The notes beneath the pieces are model-generated. The model saw only the letters and a program-made list of their open reading frames with translations. It had not been told where the DNA came from and made no database searches. Shown in pieces: positions 1-8,090 of a stretch of 64,000 bases of DNA (positions are counted from its first letter, which is position 1; the number at the start of each line of letters is the position of its first letter). The translations under genes were made by a program, and so were the position numbers. Source of the DNA: Mitsuokella multacida (GTDB lineage: Bacteria; Bacillota; Negativicutes; Selenomonadales; Selenomonadaceae); NCBI GenBank assembly GCA_047831595.1, contig CP181253.1, positions 1,555,112-1,619,111 of the forward strand, written 5' to 3'.

Positions 1-835
1 CTGCCATGCGCAGCCCTTCGTTATAGAGCTTTTCTGCCCCATCGGCCGCACAGATGGCAGCGGAACAGTACATATGACGCTTCATCCAGAGGCCCGGACG
101 GATGACCTGTCCGGGATTCAGCCAATCTTTTTGGAAGTTATCTTTCGCAAACTTACTCCTGCCATTTGAGAATACCGCGAGCCAGCCCGTTTCATCATTG
201 AAGGGATTCGTGCGGGCCGTGAGTCCGGCCTCGACAAGCCTCATAGCCTGCAGCGCCTTAGAAGCCGCGAAGCCCGCATGCAGCGGCTTGCCGTCGGAGC
301 CAGCCTCAAAGGCCATGCCCGAAGACTGCGTGGCCGCGAGCGACATGACCATCGCTGCTTTTTCGCCCTGCCAATGGCGCAGGCGAATGAGCGCTGCAGC
401 AGCGCCCAGCGTGCCGATGGTTCCCGTGGCATGCCAGCCCTGCCGGCGATGCTCCGGATTGAGGCGGGCGCCGAGCAGTCCCTCAAGCTCCGCACCGGCG
501 ATATACGCCGCGAGAAAATCACGGGCAGAATCCTCCGGACGGGCCGCAGCCAGCAGCGTGGAATACAGCACCGTGCTGAAATGGCCGGTAAGATTGGCTT
601 GCGCATCATCAAAATCAAGGAAATGCGAGGCAAATCCATAAAGAAGGGCCCTGTCCTCCGAACGGGCCGGGGAGCTGAACGAAGCGAGTTTCTTCACAGC
701 CGGTTCCCGGCGCGCGGCCAGCAGGGCAGCCAGATAATCCACAAAGGCCAGCTTGGCCTGCCCGATGAGGTCTTCGCGCCCTGCAAGGTCCACCGATGCA
801 GTCAGGCGGACGGCCAGCTCCGTATTCTCATCCAT
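1..835 (-). CDS. MmgE/PrpD-family protein (2-methylcitrate dehydratase-like), 5' part only; continues past window start
   Basis: Hand translation of the minus strand from ATG 835..833 stays open to nt 1 (MDENTELAVRL..ASHFLDFDDAQANLTGHFSTV..QGWHATGTIGTLGAAAA..). The HxLDFDD and GWHxTG motifs are typical of PrpD/MmgE. It is absent from the ORF track because it runs off the edge. Confidence 0.7.
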   Translation of the reverse strand, partial: MDENTELAVRLTASVDLAGREDLIGQAKLAFVDYLAALLAARREPAVKKLASFSSPARSEDRALLYGFASHFLDFDDAQANLTGHFSTVLYSTLLAAARPEDSARDFLAAYIAGAELEGLLGARLNPEHRRQGWHATGTIGTLGAAAALIRLRHWQGEKAAMVMSLAATQSSGMAFEAGSDGKPLHAGFAASKALQAMRLVEAGLTARTNPFNDETGWLAVFSNGRSKFAKDNFQKDWLNPGQVIRPGLWMKRHMYCSAAICAADGAEKLYNEGLRMA

Positions 836-859
836 GCCCTTTCCTTCTTCCTTCTTATC

Positions 860-1948
860 TTATTTAGCGAACTTGGCTGCACGGTCATTCGGCTCGAGCC
901 AGCGGCTGTCATCCGGTCCTTTCGGTACAATGCGCTTGAGGTCTGCAAATGGCGTATGGTCGACATAATAGAAGCGTTTGCGCATCGCATCAAAATCCGT
1001 GTTATTGCCAAATGCCGGATTCGAGTAAAGGTCCTTCGCGTAGTTCCAGAGATTCGGGTAGTCAACAAGGCGTTTCTTGTTGACGAAGTACTTCTGATAG
1101 AACACAAGGTCAAAGCGCGAAAGCGTCACGAACAGGCGGATATCCGGCAGTGTAATCGTGTCGCCCATGAGATAGCGGCGCGTCGAAAGGCGTTCTTCCA
1201 GCCAGTCAAGGCGGTCAAAAATCTTATCGTAATAGAATTCATATTCTTCCTGCGTGCCGACGAGAGCCGCAAGATTGACGGCGAGGTTGACATCCGCATA
1301 AAGGATGATGTTCAGAGCATCGATATCCTCGCGGAGGTCTTCAGGGTAAATATCCGGGGCATCCTTAGCGATGTAATCCTTAAAAGCCACCGCGAGTTCT
1401 GCATCGAGGACGTGGTAGTCATTGTTGACGACCTTGCCCGTCTTGACATCGACCAAGGCCGGCACCGTCGCACGCTGGTCAAAGTCAGGGTCAGCCTTTT
1501 TATAGCACTCACCGAGGGAATGAACACCGAGCACCGGATCCTTTTCTTCAGGGTCCAGTGTGAAGAACCAATCGCCGACAACACCGGCCGGACGCAGCGG
1601 GTCAACCACACCTTTGGAGATGACTTTATCAAGGCCGAGAAGGTCAATTGCAATAGAAATGCGGTTCGCCCATGGGCAGTGGCGCGACCAGACGAGACGG
1701 TAACGGTTGGCCTCGACCGGCAGCTCGCCCGTCAGGAAACTGGCCGTGAACTGCGGTTCTTCCTCATCATTATATTTCTTGCGGCGGTTGAAGTTCGAGG
1801 CATCGCGGCCTTCATATTCCTTCTGTTCACCGTTGGCACGCGGATTCGTCGTCTGCAGTTCCGAAAAATCAATCGGGCACGGGTCCATCGCACGCTTGAA
1901 TTCTACTTTCTCTCTCTCTTTTGCAATATCCTGATCTTTGATAGCCAT
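860..1948 (-). CDS. Xi-class glutathione S-transferase / glutathionyl-hydroquinone reductase (YqjG/ECM4-like)
   Basis: ORF 860..2074 trimmed to ATG 1948 (MAIKDQD..), which has an AGAGGA RBS 7 nt upstream. It carries the CPWANR active-site motif (Cys-Pro-Trp-Ala, typical of Xi GSTs) and has the expected length of about 360 aa. Confidence 0.8.
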   Translation of the reverse strand: MAIKDQDIAKEREKVEFKRAMDPCPIDFSELQTTNPRANGEQKEYEGRDASNFNRRKKYNDEEEPQFTASFLTGELPVEANRYRLVWSRHCPWANRISIAIDLLGLDKVISKGVVDPLRPAGVVGDWFFTLDPEEKDPVLGVHSLGECYKKADPDFDQRATVPALVDVKTGKVVNNDYHVLDAELAVAFKDYIAKDAPDIYPEDLREDIDALNIILYADVNLAVNLAALVGTQEEYEFYYDKIFDRLDWLEERLSTRRYLMGDTITLPDIRLFVTLSRFDLVFYQKYFVNKKRLVDYPNLWNYAKDLYSNPAFGNNTDFDAMRKRFYYVDHTPFADLKRIVPKGPDDSRWLEPNDRAAKFAK

Positions 1949-2132
1949 ATGATTTTCCTCTTTTCTTCTCTGTATGTAAAAATCGGTACAAAAAAGGAGA
2001 CTCCAAGCGAGCCTATGGAAGGGCCTAAAAAAATGACTGTGCCTTCGCGGCTCCATTGTCATCCTTTCGGACAAATTCCCATATGCTGCTCAGAGTCTCC
2101 AATTCTTTTGGTCAACTCATCTTATGGGCTTA

Positions 2133-2161
2133 ATCATACCAGCAAAAACATATATTGTCAA
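2133..2161 (-). promoter_or_regulatory. Sigma-70-type promoter for the GST gene (TTGACA-17-TATGAT)
   Basis: On the minus strand, TTGACA lies at 2161..2156, followed by a 17-nt spacer and TATGAT at 2138..2133. This leaves a leader of about 178 nt before ATG 1948. Confidence 0.5.
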
Positions 2162-2187
2162 TATGTTTTATATAATTTTTTTGAGAA

Positions 2188-2222
2188 AATAAAAAAGACC
2201 GCATGACGTGCATACGGTCTTG
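2188..2222 (-). terminator. Rho-independent terminator downstream of the tRNA pair
   Basis: Minus-strand hairpin AAGACCG-N13-CGGTCTT followed by TTTTTTATTTT. Confidence 0.7.
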
Positions 2223-2232
2223 ATTTTCAACT

Positions 2233-2309
2233 TGGTGCTCGCTGAGGGATTCGAACCCCCGACCCCCTCCATGTGACGGAGATGCTCTAGCCAACTGAGC
2301 TAAGCGAGC
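2233..2309 (-). tRNA. tRNA-Val (anticodon CAC), with encoded CCA
   Basis: Hand-folded cloverleaf: acceptor GCTCGCT/AGCGAGC, D-arm GCTC..GAGC, anticodon stem TCTCC/GGAGG with loop GTCACAT (T33, CAC, A37), T-arm GGGGG-TTCGAAT-CCCTC, 3' ACCA. G32 is unusual, so the isotype is less certain than the tRNA call itself. Confidence 0.75.
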
Positions 2310-2356
2310 ATATCAAAAAAGGTTTCGTCGTTTGACGAAACCTCATCTTACTTAAA

Positions 2357-2433
2357 TGGTGGGGTTAACAGAATTCGAATCTGTGACCTCCTCGATGTCA
2401 ACGAGACACTCTAACCAACTGAGCTATAACCCC
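2357..2433 (-). tRNA. tRNA-Val (anticodon GAC), with encoded CCA
   Basis: Cloverleaf: acceptor GGGGTTA/TAACCCC, D-arm GCTC..GAGT, anticodon stem TCTCG/CGAGG with loop TTGACAT, T-arm ACAGA-TTCGAAT-TCTGT, 3' ACCA. Confidence 0.85.
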
Positions 2434-2453
2434 ATGTCTTAACGACAAGATTT

Positions 2454-2482
2454 ATTATACGGGAACACAAGAGAAATGTCAA
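2454..2482 (-). promoter_or_regulatory. Perfect consensus sigma-70 promoter (TTGACA-17-TATAAT) for the tRNA genes
   Basis: The minus strand reads gTTGACAtttctcttgtgttcccgTATAATaaatc, ending about 20 nt upstream of the first tRNA. Confidence 0.7.
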
Positions 2483-2585
2483 CAACAAAATCAAAATTTC
2501 TTGGAAAATTTTTCGCCCCTCTCCCCCCACGTTGCGTGTTATAATAGGAAACGAACACAAAGTAACAGGTTTGGGGGTATTATAT

Positions 2586-3308
2586 ATGAAGGATTTACTC
2601 GATGTCCACATGCATACGCTGGCCAGCGGCCATGCCTACAACACAATTCGTGAAATGATTGCCGCGGGCAAAAAGAATGGCATGCAGTTGGTCGGCATCG
2701 CTGACCATGCACCGGCCATGCCAGGCTCGACACATCGTTTCTATTTTGAGAATCTGCGCATTTTCGACCGCAAAGCCTATGGCGATGAGGCCGGCGTTGA
2801 ACTGCTCATGGGCGTAGAGCTCAACATCCTCAATACGACGGGCAAGGTCGACCTTGAGGAAAAGGCCCTGCGCTCTGTCGATTATGCGATTGCCAGTCTG
2901 CACGATCCCTGCATCAACCCCGGTAGCGTACTCGACAATACGACAGCCATCATGAGCGCCATGTTCATCCCGCAGGTCAAGATTATCGGCCATCCGGACA
3001 ATCCGACCTTCCCTGTTGATTTCGACCAGATTGCCAAAGCTGCCAAAGAACGCCATGTCCTGCTCGAATGCAACAACAGCTCCTACCGTCCGGGCGGCAG
3101 CCGTGAAGGTTCGCGCGAACTCGCCAAGAAAATGCTGCAGGCCTGCAAGAAATACGGCACGCACGTCATCATGGGCAGCGATGCGCACATCGACCTCGAT
3201 GTCGGCAACCACCTGAATTCACAGCAGGTCCTTGCCGCTGCTGATTTCCCGGAAGAGCTCGTCATCAACGGCTCGCCGGAAGCTTTCAAGGAATGGATTC
3301 GCGAATAA
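2586..3308 (+). CDS. PHP-domain phosphoesterase (YcdX-like)
   Basis: ORF 2532..3308 trimmed to ATG 2586 (GGGGGT RBS). MKDLLDVHMHTLASGHAYNTIREM..ADHAPAM matches the HxH..H PHP metal-binding pattern of E. coli YcdX. Confidence 0.8.
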   Translation: MKDLLDVHMHTLASGHAYNTIREMIAAGKKNGMQLVGIADHAPAMPGSTHRFYFENLRIFDRKAYGDEAGVELLMGVELNILNTTGKVDLEEKALRSVDYAIASLHDPCINPGSVLDNTTAIMSAMFIPQVKIIGHPDNPTFPVDFDQIAKAAKERHVLLECNNSSYRPGGSREGSRELAKKMLQACKKYGTHVIMGSDAHIDLDVGNHLNSQQVLAAADFPEELVINGSPEAFKEWIRE

Positions 3309-3365
3309 ATTCGTCAGATATTCGGCATATGACTTTTTATAGCATTTGTCCCGTATTTTACTGGA

Positions 3366-3399
3366 GAACGCCTCTGTCGTATTGACGGAGGCGTTTTTC
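3366..3399 (+). terminator. Rho-independent terminator after the PHP phosphoesterase gene
   Basis: GAACGCCTC-N12-GGAGGCGTT followed by TTTT. Confidence 0.7.
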
Positions 3400-3461
3400 T
3401 CTCATATAATAGTAACATTGTAAAGATATATGATCCATCTTTAACCTAATCCGCCAGAAGT

Positions 3462-3482
3462 CCTCCACCTCTTAGGTGGGGG
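3462..3482 (+). repeat. Left-end subterminal hairpin of the IS200/IS605 element
   Basis: CCTCCACC-TCTTA-GGTGGGGG imperfect palindrome. It mirrors the right-end hairpin. Confidence 0.55.
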
Positions 3483-3588
3483 ATGAAGGCGGGTATGGCG
3501 AATTTACGTAAGTAATTGAGCCATACCATTGCTCTGTAGATAGTTCTGTAGTATAATCAGTCGTAGATGAGAAAGAATTGATTATACT

Positions 3589-3676
3589 ATGAAATTGGAT
3601 AGCAATAACCATTCAGTATTCTTACTCTATTCCTATTGAGACAATACGAAAATACATCGAACATCAAGGCAGGTGA
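3589..3676 (+). pseudogene. tnpA: tnpA (Y1 HUH transposase) relic with an internal deletion
   Basis: ATG 3589 encodes MKLDSNNHSVFLLYSY then a stop, a typical IS200-type TnpA N-terminus. One frame over, IETIRKYIEHQGR plus stop (3674..3676) is a typical TnpA C-terminus overlapping the tnpB start. About 110 codons in between are missing. Confidence 0.6.
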
Positions 3677-3681
3677 TTATA

Positions 3682-4794
3682 GTGAATAAGGCATACCGAT
3701 ACAGGCTCTATCCAACAACTGAACAAAAAATTATGTTTGTCAAGACTTTCGGCTGTGTCCGATTCATCTATAACAAGATGCTTGGCGACCGCCTTGACTA
3801 CTACAAGGAAACAGGCAAGAAACTGAACAATACTCCCGCACAGTATAAGGAAGATTTTCCTTGGTTGAAGGAAGTGGACAGTCTTGCTCTTGCGAATGCA
3901 CAGATGAACCTGAACAAGGCATACAACAATTTTTTTCGCAACCGAAAACATTTCGGCAAACCGCACTTCAAGTCTAAGAAGACAGGACACTGCTCCTATT
4001 CTACGAACAATCAGAAAGGCTCTGTCCGATTAGAAGAAAATAAGGTTAAATTGCCTAAAGTTGGTTGGGTAAAATTATGTCTGCATCGTCCCCTGATGGA
4101 AAACAGCACGATAAAGACGGTAACCATAAGCAAAACATCATCAGGAAAATATTACATCAGCATTTTGGTAGAGTACGAAAACCAAATACTTCCCATCATA
4201 CCGAAGAAATTTCTTGGCTTGGATTTTGCTATGCACGGACTATATGTGGCTTCCGATGAAGAGGATGCGGACTATCCCCATTTCTTGAGGAAAGCCGAGA
4301 AAAGATTAGCCAAGGCACAAAGAAAACTTTCTAAGCGGCAAAACGGAAGCCATAACCGAGATAAACAAAGGTTACGGGTAGCTAAACTCCATGAAAAAAT
4401 TGCCAATCAACGTCGCGACTTTCTGCATAAGAAAGCTCGCAATCTGGTAGACAAATATGATGCTATTGGTATCGAGGATATCAGCGTCAAGGCGATGGCT
4501 AAACGCAAGAAAGGCGGTAAATTCAGTTTTGGTAAGTCCGTAGCAGATAATGGCTGGAATATGTTCACAAACATGTTGGAATATAAGCTGGCTTAGCAAG
4601 GTAAACAGCTTATCAAGATAGACAAAAGGTATCCTAGCAGTCAGCTATGCCATGTTTGCGGTTACCAGAACAATGAAACGAAAGATTTGTCTATACGAGA
4701 ATGGGATTGCCCGAAATGTGGCAGTCATCATGACCGAGATAAGAACGCTGCCATAAATATTAGAGAGGAAGCTAGGCGCATATCCGCCGCCTAA
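3682..4794 (+). pseudogene. tnpB: tnpB (IS605 OrfB / RNA-guided nuclease family) with a single in-frame TAG at 4594..4596
   Basis: (V)NKAYRYRLYPTTEQ.. is a TnpB N-terminus. RuvC-I (LGLDFA) and RuvC-II (IGIEDIS) are present. After ..MLEYKLA-TAG the same frame continues QGKQLIKIDKRYPSSQLCHVCGYQ..DCPKCGSHHDRDKNAAINI.. (zinc finger plus RuvC-III) to TAA 4792..4794. Confidence 0.8.
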
Positions 4795-4903
4795 TGTAAC
4801 GCATAAAGTACCGTGGGTCGCACGGGAATCTACGCCTGTGGAGAGAGTATAAGTCGCCACAACTCTTCAGAGTCAGTGGTGCTGTTCTCGTTGAAGCAGG
4901 AAG

Positions 4904-4925
4904 CTCCCGCCTCTATAGGCGGGGG
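4904..4925 (+). repeat. Right-end subterminal hairpin of the IS200/IS605 element
   Basis: CTCCCGCC-TCTATA-GGCGGGGG, the same design as the left-end hairpin. It lies about 40 nt upstream of the permease ATG. Confidence 0.55.
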
Positions 4926-4963
4926 TACGTTCACCGAGAGAAAGAAAAGGGAATGGTAGAACA

Positions 4964-6361
4964 ATGAACTTATTCCGCACAAAGAGCATTGAGCAGATGC
5001 GCGAGGCGGCCGCCCATTCGGGCATGGCCAAGACACTCGGCGCTTTTGACCTCATCCTGCTCGGCATTGGCTGTGTCATCGGCACAGGTATTTTCGTCCT
5101 GACGGGCGTTGCTGCTGCAAAATACGCAGGGCCAGCCGTCACAATCTCTTTCATGGTGTCAGGCCTCGCCTGCGCGCTCGCGGGTCTTGCCTACGCCGAG
5201 TTCTCCTCCATCGTGCCGGCGTCAGGCAGTGCCTATACGTACACATACGCTTCACTGGGCGAATTCATTGCCTTCATCGTCGGCTGGAATCTCATCCTTG
5301 AGTACACGGTTACGGCCAGTGCCGTAGCTTCAGGCTGGTCGGGCTACGTCACGGGCCTGCTGCTCTCAGCGGGCCTTGACCCCGGTCACGCCCTGACGCA
5401 TGTGCCGGCCGACGGCGGCATCATCAATCTGCCGGCCATCTTCATCACGCTTTTGCTTTCTGTTCTCCTGATTCGCGGCACACAGGAAAGCACGAAGCTC
5501 AACCGCATCCTCGTGGGTGTCAAGCTCACGGCCATCGCCATCTTCCTGCTGCTGGCCATCCCGCATGTCAACACGATGAACTGGGAACCGTTCATGCCGT
5601 TCGGCGTATCGGGCATCTTTGGCGGCGCGGCCATCGTCTTCTTTGCCTACATCGGGTTCGATGCCGTGGCGACAAGTGCTGAGGAATGCAAGAATCCGTC
5701 GCACGACCTGCCTATCGGCATCATCGGTTCGCTGGTCATCTGCACGGCCCTTTACGTCGTTGTTGCCGGCGTGCTCACGGGCATTGTTCCGTATACGGAA
5801 CTCAACAATCCGGAGCCGGTGGCCTTTGCCCTGCGCTACATCGGCTACAATCTCGGCTCGGCCATCGTCGGCGTCGGCGCCATCGCCGGCATCACGACGG
5901 TACTCCTCGTCCTGCTCTACGGCCAGGCCCGCATTTTCTTCGCCATGAGCCGCGACGGCATGGTACCGGCGCGCGTCTGCAAAATCCATAAACGCTATCA
6001 TACGCCGTACATCGTCACGGTCATGGGCGGCATCTTCGTTTCCATCATCGCCGGCTTTGCCCCGATTGGCGTCATTGCTGAGATGGCCAACATCGGCACC
6101 CTCTCGGCCTTTCTCGTCGCCGCCCTCGGCGTCATGGTTCTGCGCATCACGAAGCCGGATGTACCGCGCACCTTCCGCTGTCCGCTCGTCTGGCTCATCG
6201 CGCCGATGGCCGTTCTGACCTGCGGCTATCTCATGTATCATCTGCCCTGGGAAACCTGGGTCCGCTTCATCGTCTGGTGCACCTTCGGCTGTCTCGTCTA
6301 CTTCGGCTACAGCTACCAGCACAGCGCTCTTGCCCATCCGCATGATGAGGAGCAGGAATAA
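4964..6361 (+). CDS. Amino acid permease (APC superfamily, cationic amino-acid transporter type)
   Basis: 465 aa and polytopic. The N-terminal LGAFDLILLGIGCVIGTGIFVLTG signature is typical of YhdG/YfnA-type permeases. Confidence 0.85.
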   Translation: MNLFRTKSIEQMREAAAHSGMAKTLGAFDLILLGIGCVIGTGIFVLTGVAAAKYAGPAVTISFMVSGLACALAGLAYAEFSSIVPASGSAYTYTYASLGEFIAFIVGWNLILEYTVTASAVASGWSGYVTGLLLSAGLDPGHALTHVPADGGIINLPAIFITLLLSVLLIRGTQESTKLNRILVGVKLTAIAIFLLLAIPHVNTMNWEPFMPFGVSGIFGGAAIVFFAYIGFDAVATSAEECKNPSHDLPIGIIGSLVICTALYVVVAGVLTGIVPYTELNNPEPVAFALRYIGYNLGSAIVGVGAIAGITTVLLVLLYGQARIFFAMSRDGMVPARVCKIHKRYHTPYIVTVMGGIFVSIIAGFAPIGVIAEMANIGTLSAFLVAALGVMVLRITKPDVPRTFRCPLVWLIAPMAVLTCGYLMYHLPWETWVRFIVWCTFGCLVYFGYSYQHSALAHPHDEEQE

Positions 6362-6383
6362 CAGCCCTCATATAACCACATAA

Positions 6384-6422
6384 AATCAAAGCCCCGTAAA
6401 AAAACACGGGGCTTTGATTTTA
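6384..6422. terminator. Bidirectional-looking Rho-independent terminator
   Basis: AAATCAAAGCCCCGT-N8-ACGGGGCTTTGATTT followed by T residues. Confidence 0.75.
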
Positions 6423-6523
6423 TGCTTTGACAAAGTTTATGACCTGGTATAAAATTAGGGCTGTAACAAAGAAGAAATTGTCCTCTGCTATAGGGGCATA
6501 CTCGCCCTAAAGGAAGGAAAACA

Positions 6524-8014
6524 ATGTTTGTACATGAACTGATCTACCAGGGGGATCCCGATTCCCTGGCCATCGTCGACCATGAACGCCGCATCACCTA
6601 CCGCGACCTGCAGCAGCACGTCGAGGCCTGCCGCAACCGCCTCTATGCCGCAGGCGTCCGCGTCGGCGACCGCGTCAGCATTTTTTCCCGCAACAGTGCG
6701 GACTATATCTATGCCTACATGGCCATTGCCTCTCTCGGTGCCATTGCTGTGCCTATCAACTTCCAGTTCAGCAGCCGTGAGATTGCTTATATCATCAAGG
6801 ACTCCGGCTCACGCCATATCCTGACGTATCAGCCGCTGAACCTCGTCGACGCACTCGCCGCCCTGCGCTGCGATATGCGCGTCATCCAGCACGACATCCG
6901 TCAGGCCGGCAAAATCGATGACTCGATTCCGGCCGCACCGCCGCTGCCGCCGACGTTTGATGAGCAGAATCCCTGTGTCATCATCTATACGTCCGGCACG
7001 ACGGGCGCACCAAAGGGCGCGGTGCTCTCCCATCGCAATCTCATCGCCAATGCCGGCCAGATGAGCTTCATGGGCTGCAGGGCCGAACATCACGTGCTCT
7101 GCGTTCTGCCGATGTACCACTGCTTCGGCTGGACCTGTTCCGTGCTCTACCCGCTTTACTGCGGTGCCGAGGTCGTCATCCTCGATTCTTTCACGCCGAA
7201 AGAGACCATCAACGTCATCCGCACAGAAAAAATCAACGACCTCTACATTGTCCCGTCCATCTGCAGTCTGCTGACTAAGCTCGCCACCAAAGAGGACATG
7301 GCTTCCCTGCGTCTCGTAGTTTCTGGCGGCACGACTCTGCCATTGAAGATTGAGCAGGACTTCATGAATAAATTTGGCGTTGATATCTGCGAAGGCTACG
7401 GTCTTTCTGAGACATCGCCTGTTGTCACGATGAACCCGCCGGAAAAGCCGAAAGTCGGTTCCTGCGGTCCTGTCGCTCCGGGCATTGCCTGGAAACTCAT
7501 CGATTCGGACGGCAATGAAGTCCCGAAAGGCGAAGCCGGCGAACTCATCGTCAAAGGCGACAACGTCATGCTCGGCTACTGGAATCTGCCGGATGCCACG
7601 AAAAACGCCCTGCGCGGCGGCTGGTTCCATACGGGCGATGTCGCCCGCGCCGACGAAGACGGCTACATTTATATCGTCGACCGCCTCAAGGACTTGATCA
7701 TCAGCATGGGTGAAAATATCTACCCGCGTGAAGTCGAAGAACTCATCTACCAGTTCCCCGGCATCAGCGAAGCTGCGGTCGTCGGCATCGACGATAAGCT
7801 CCGCGGTCAGGCGGGCGCCTGCTTCTACAGCCTGCACGAAGGTGCCTCCATCAACATCCGCGAGCTCAAGAAATTCCTGCAGGCCAATCTCGCACTCTAC
7901 AAGATTCCGCGTGAATTCCATGAGCTGCCGTCCCTGCCGCGCACCTCTACCGGCAAGATTGCCAAGCGCCAGATTCTCAAGGATTTCTTAACGCAGAAGA
8001 ATGCGGGCAAATAA
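6524..8014 (+). CDS. AMP-dependent acyl-CoA synthetase/ligase (long-chain fatty acid-CoA ligase-like)
   Basis: AMP-binding motif IIYTSGTTGAPKGAVLSHRNL, plus GYGLSET, GWFHTGD and a C-terminal PRTSTGKI motif. Confidence 0.85.
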   Translation: MFVHELIYQGDPDSLAIVDHERRITYRDLQQHVEACRNRLYAAGVRVGDRVSIFSRNSADYIYAYMAIASLGAIAVPINFQFSSREIAYIIKDSGSRHILTYQPLNLVDALAALRCDMRVIQHDIRQAGKIDDSIPAAPPLPPTFDEQNPCVIIYTSGTTGAPKGAVLSHRNLIANAGQMSFMGCRAEHHVLCVLPMYHCFGWTCSVLYPLYCGAEVVILDSFTPKETINVIRTEKINDLYIVPSICSLLTKLATKEDMASLRLVVSGGTTLPLKIEQDFMNKFGVDICEGYGLSETSPVVTMNPPEKPKVGSCGPVAPGIAWKLIDSDGNEVPKGEAGELIVKGDNVMLGYWNLPDATKNALRGGWFHTGDVARADEDGYIYIVDRLKDLIISMGENIYPREVEELIYQFPGISEAAVVGIDDKLRGQAGACFYSLHEGASINIRELKKFLQANLALYKIPREFHELPSLPRTSTGKIAKRQILKDFLTQKNAGK

Positions 8015-8043
8015 ACCGTGTCGACATAAAATGCATAAATAAA

Positions 8044-8075
8044 AAGGAAGGTCTCTTTGGAGGCCTTCCTTTTTT
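8044..8075. terminator. Hairpin terminator between convergent genes
   Basis: AGGAAGGTCTC-TTTG-GAGGCCTTCCT (one mismatch), with an A-tract before it and a T-tract after it. Confidence 0.65.
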
Positions 8076-8090
8076 ATGCCAGCTTATGTC

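Larger units (their letters stand above)
3440..4935 (+). mobile_element. Decayed IS200/IS605-family element (tnpA relic + tnpB); boundaries approximate
   Basis: Subterminal hairpins of the same design lie at both ends. Between them are a tnpA relic and a TnpB reading frame. See the separate features. Confidence 0.65.

Noticed and set aside
278-2206. Very long ORFs antisense to or overlapping annotated genes. Examples: 278..2206 (+), 5366..6343 (-), 6809..7921 (-), 17665..20199 (+), 20671..21900 (+), 33102..34436 (-), 36877..38322 (-), 41849..43093 (+), 51593..52840 (-), 53305..54792 (-).
   Set aside because: They are shadow ORFs, typical of GC-rich coding DNA. Their translations are R/A/G/D-rich low-complexity strings with no motifs. 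The opposite strand in each case encodes a protein with clear family signatures.
4594-4596. The in-frame TAG in tnpB as programmed recoding (for example pyrrolysine or suppression).
   Set aside because: The window contains no pyl genes or recoding signals. The companion tnpA is already deleted, so simple pseudogenisation or a base-call error is more parsimonious.
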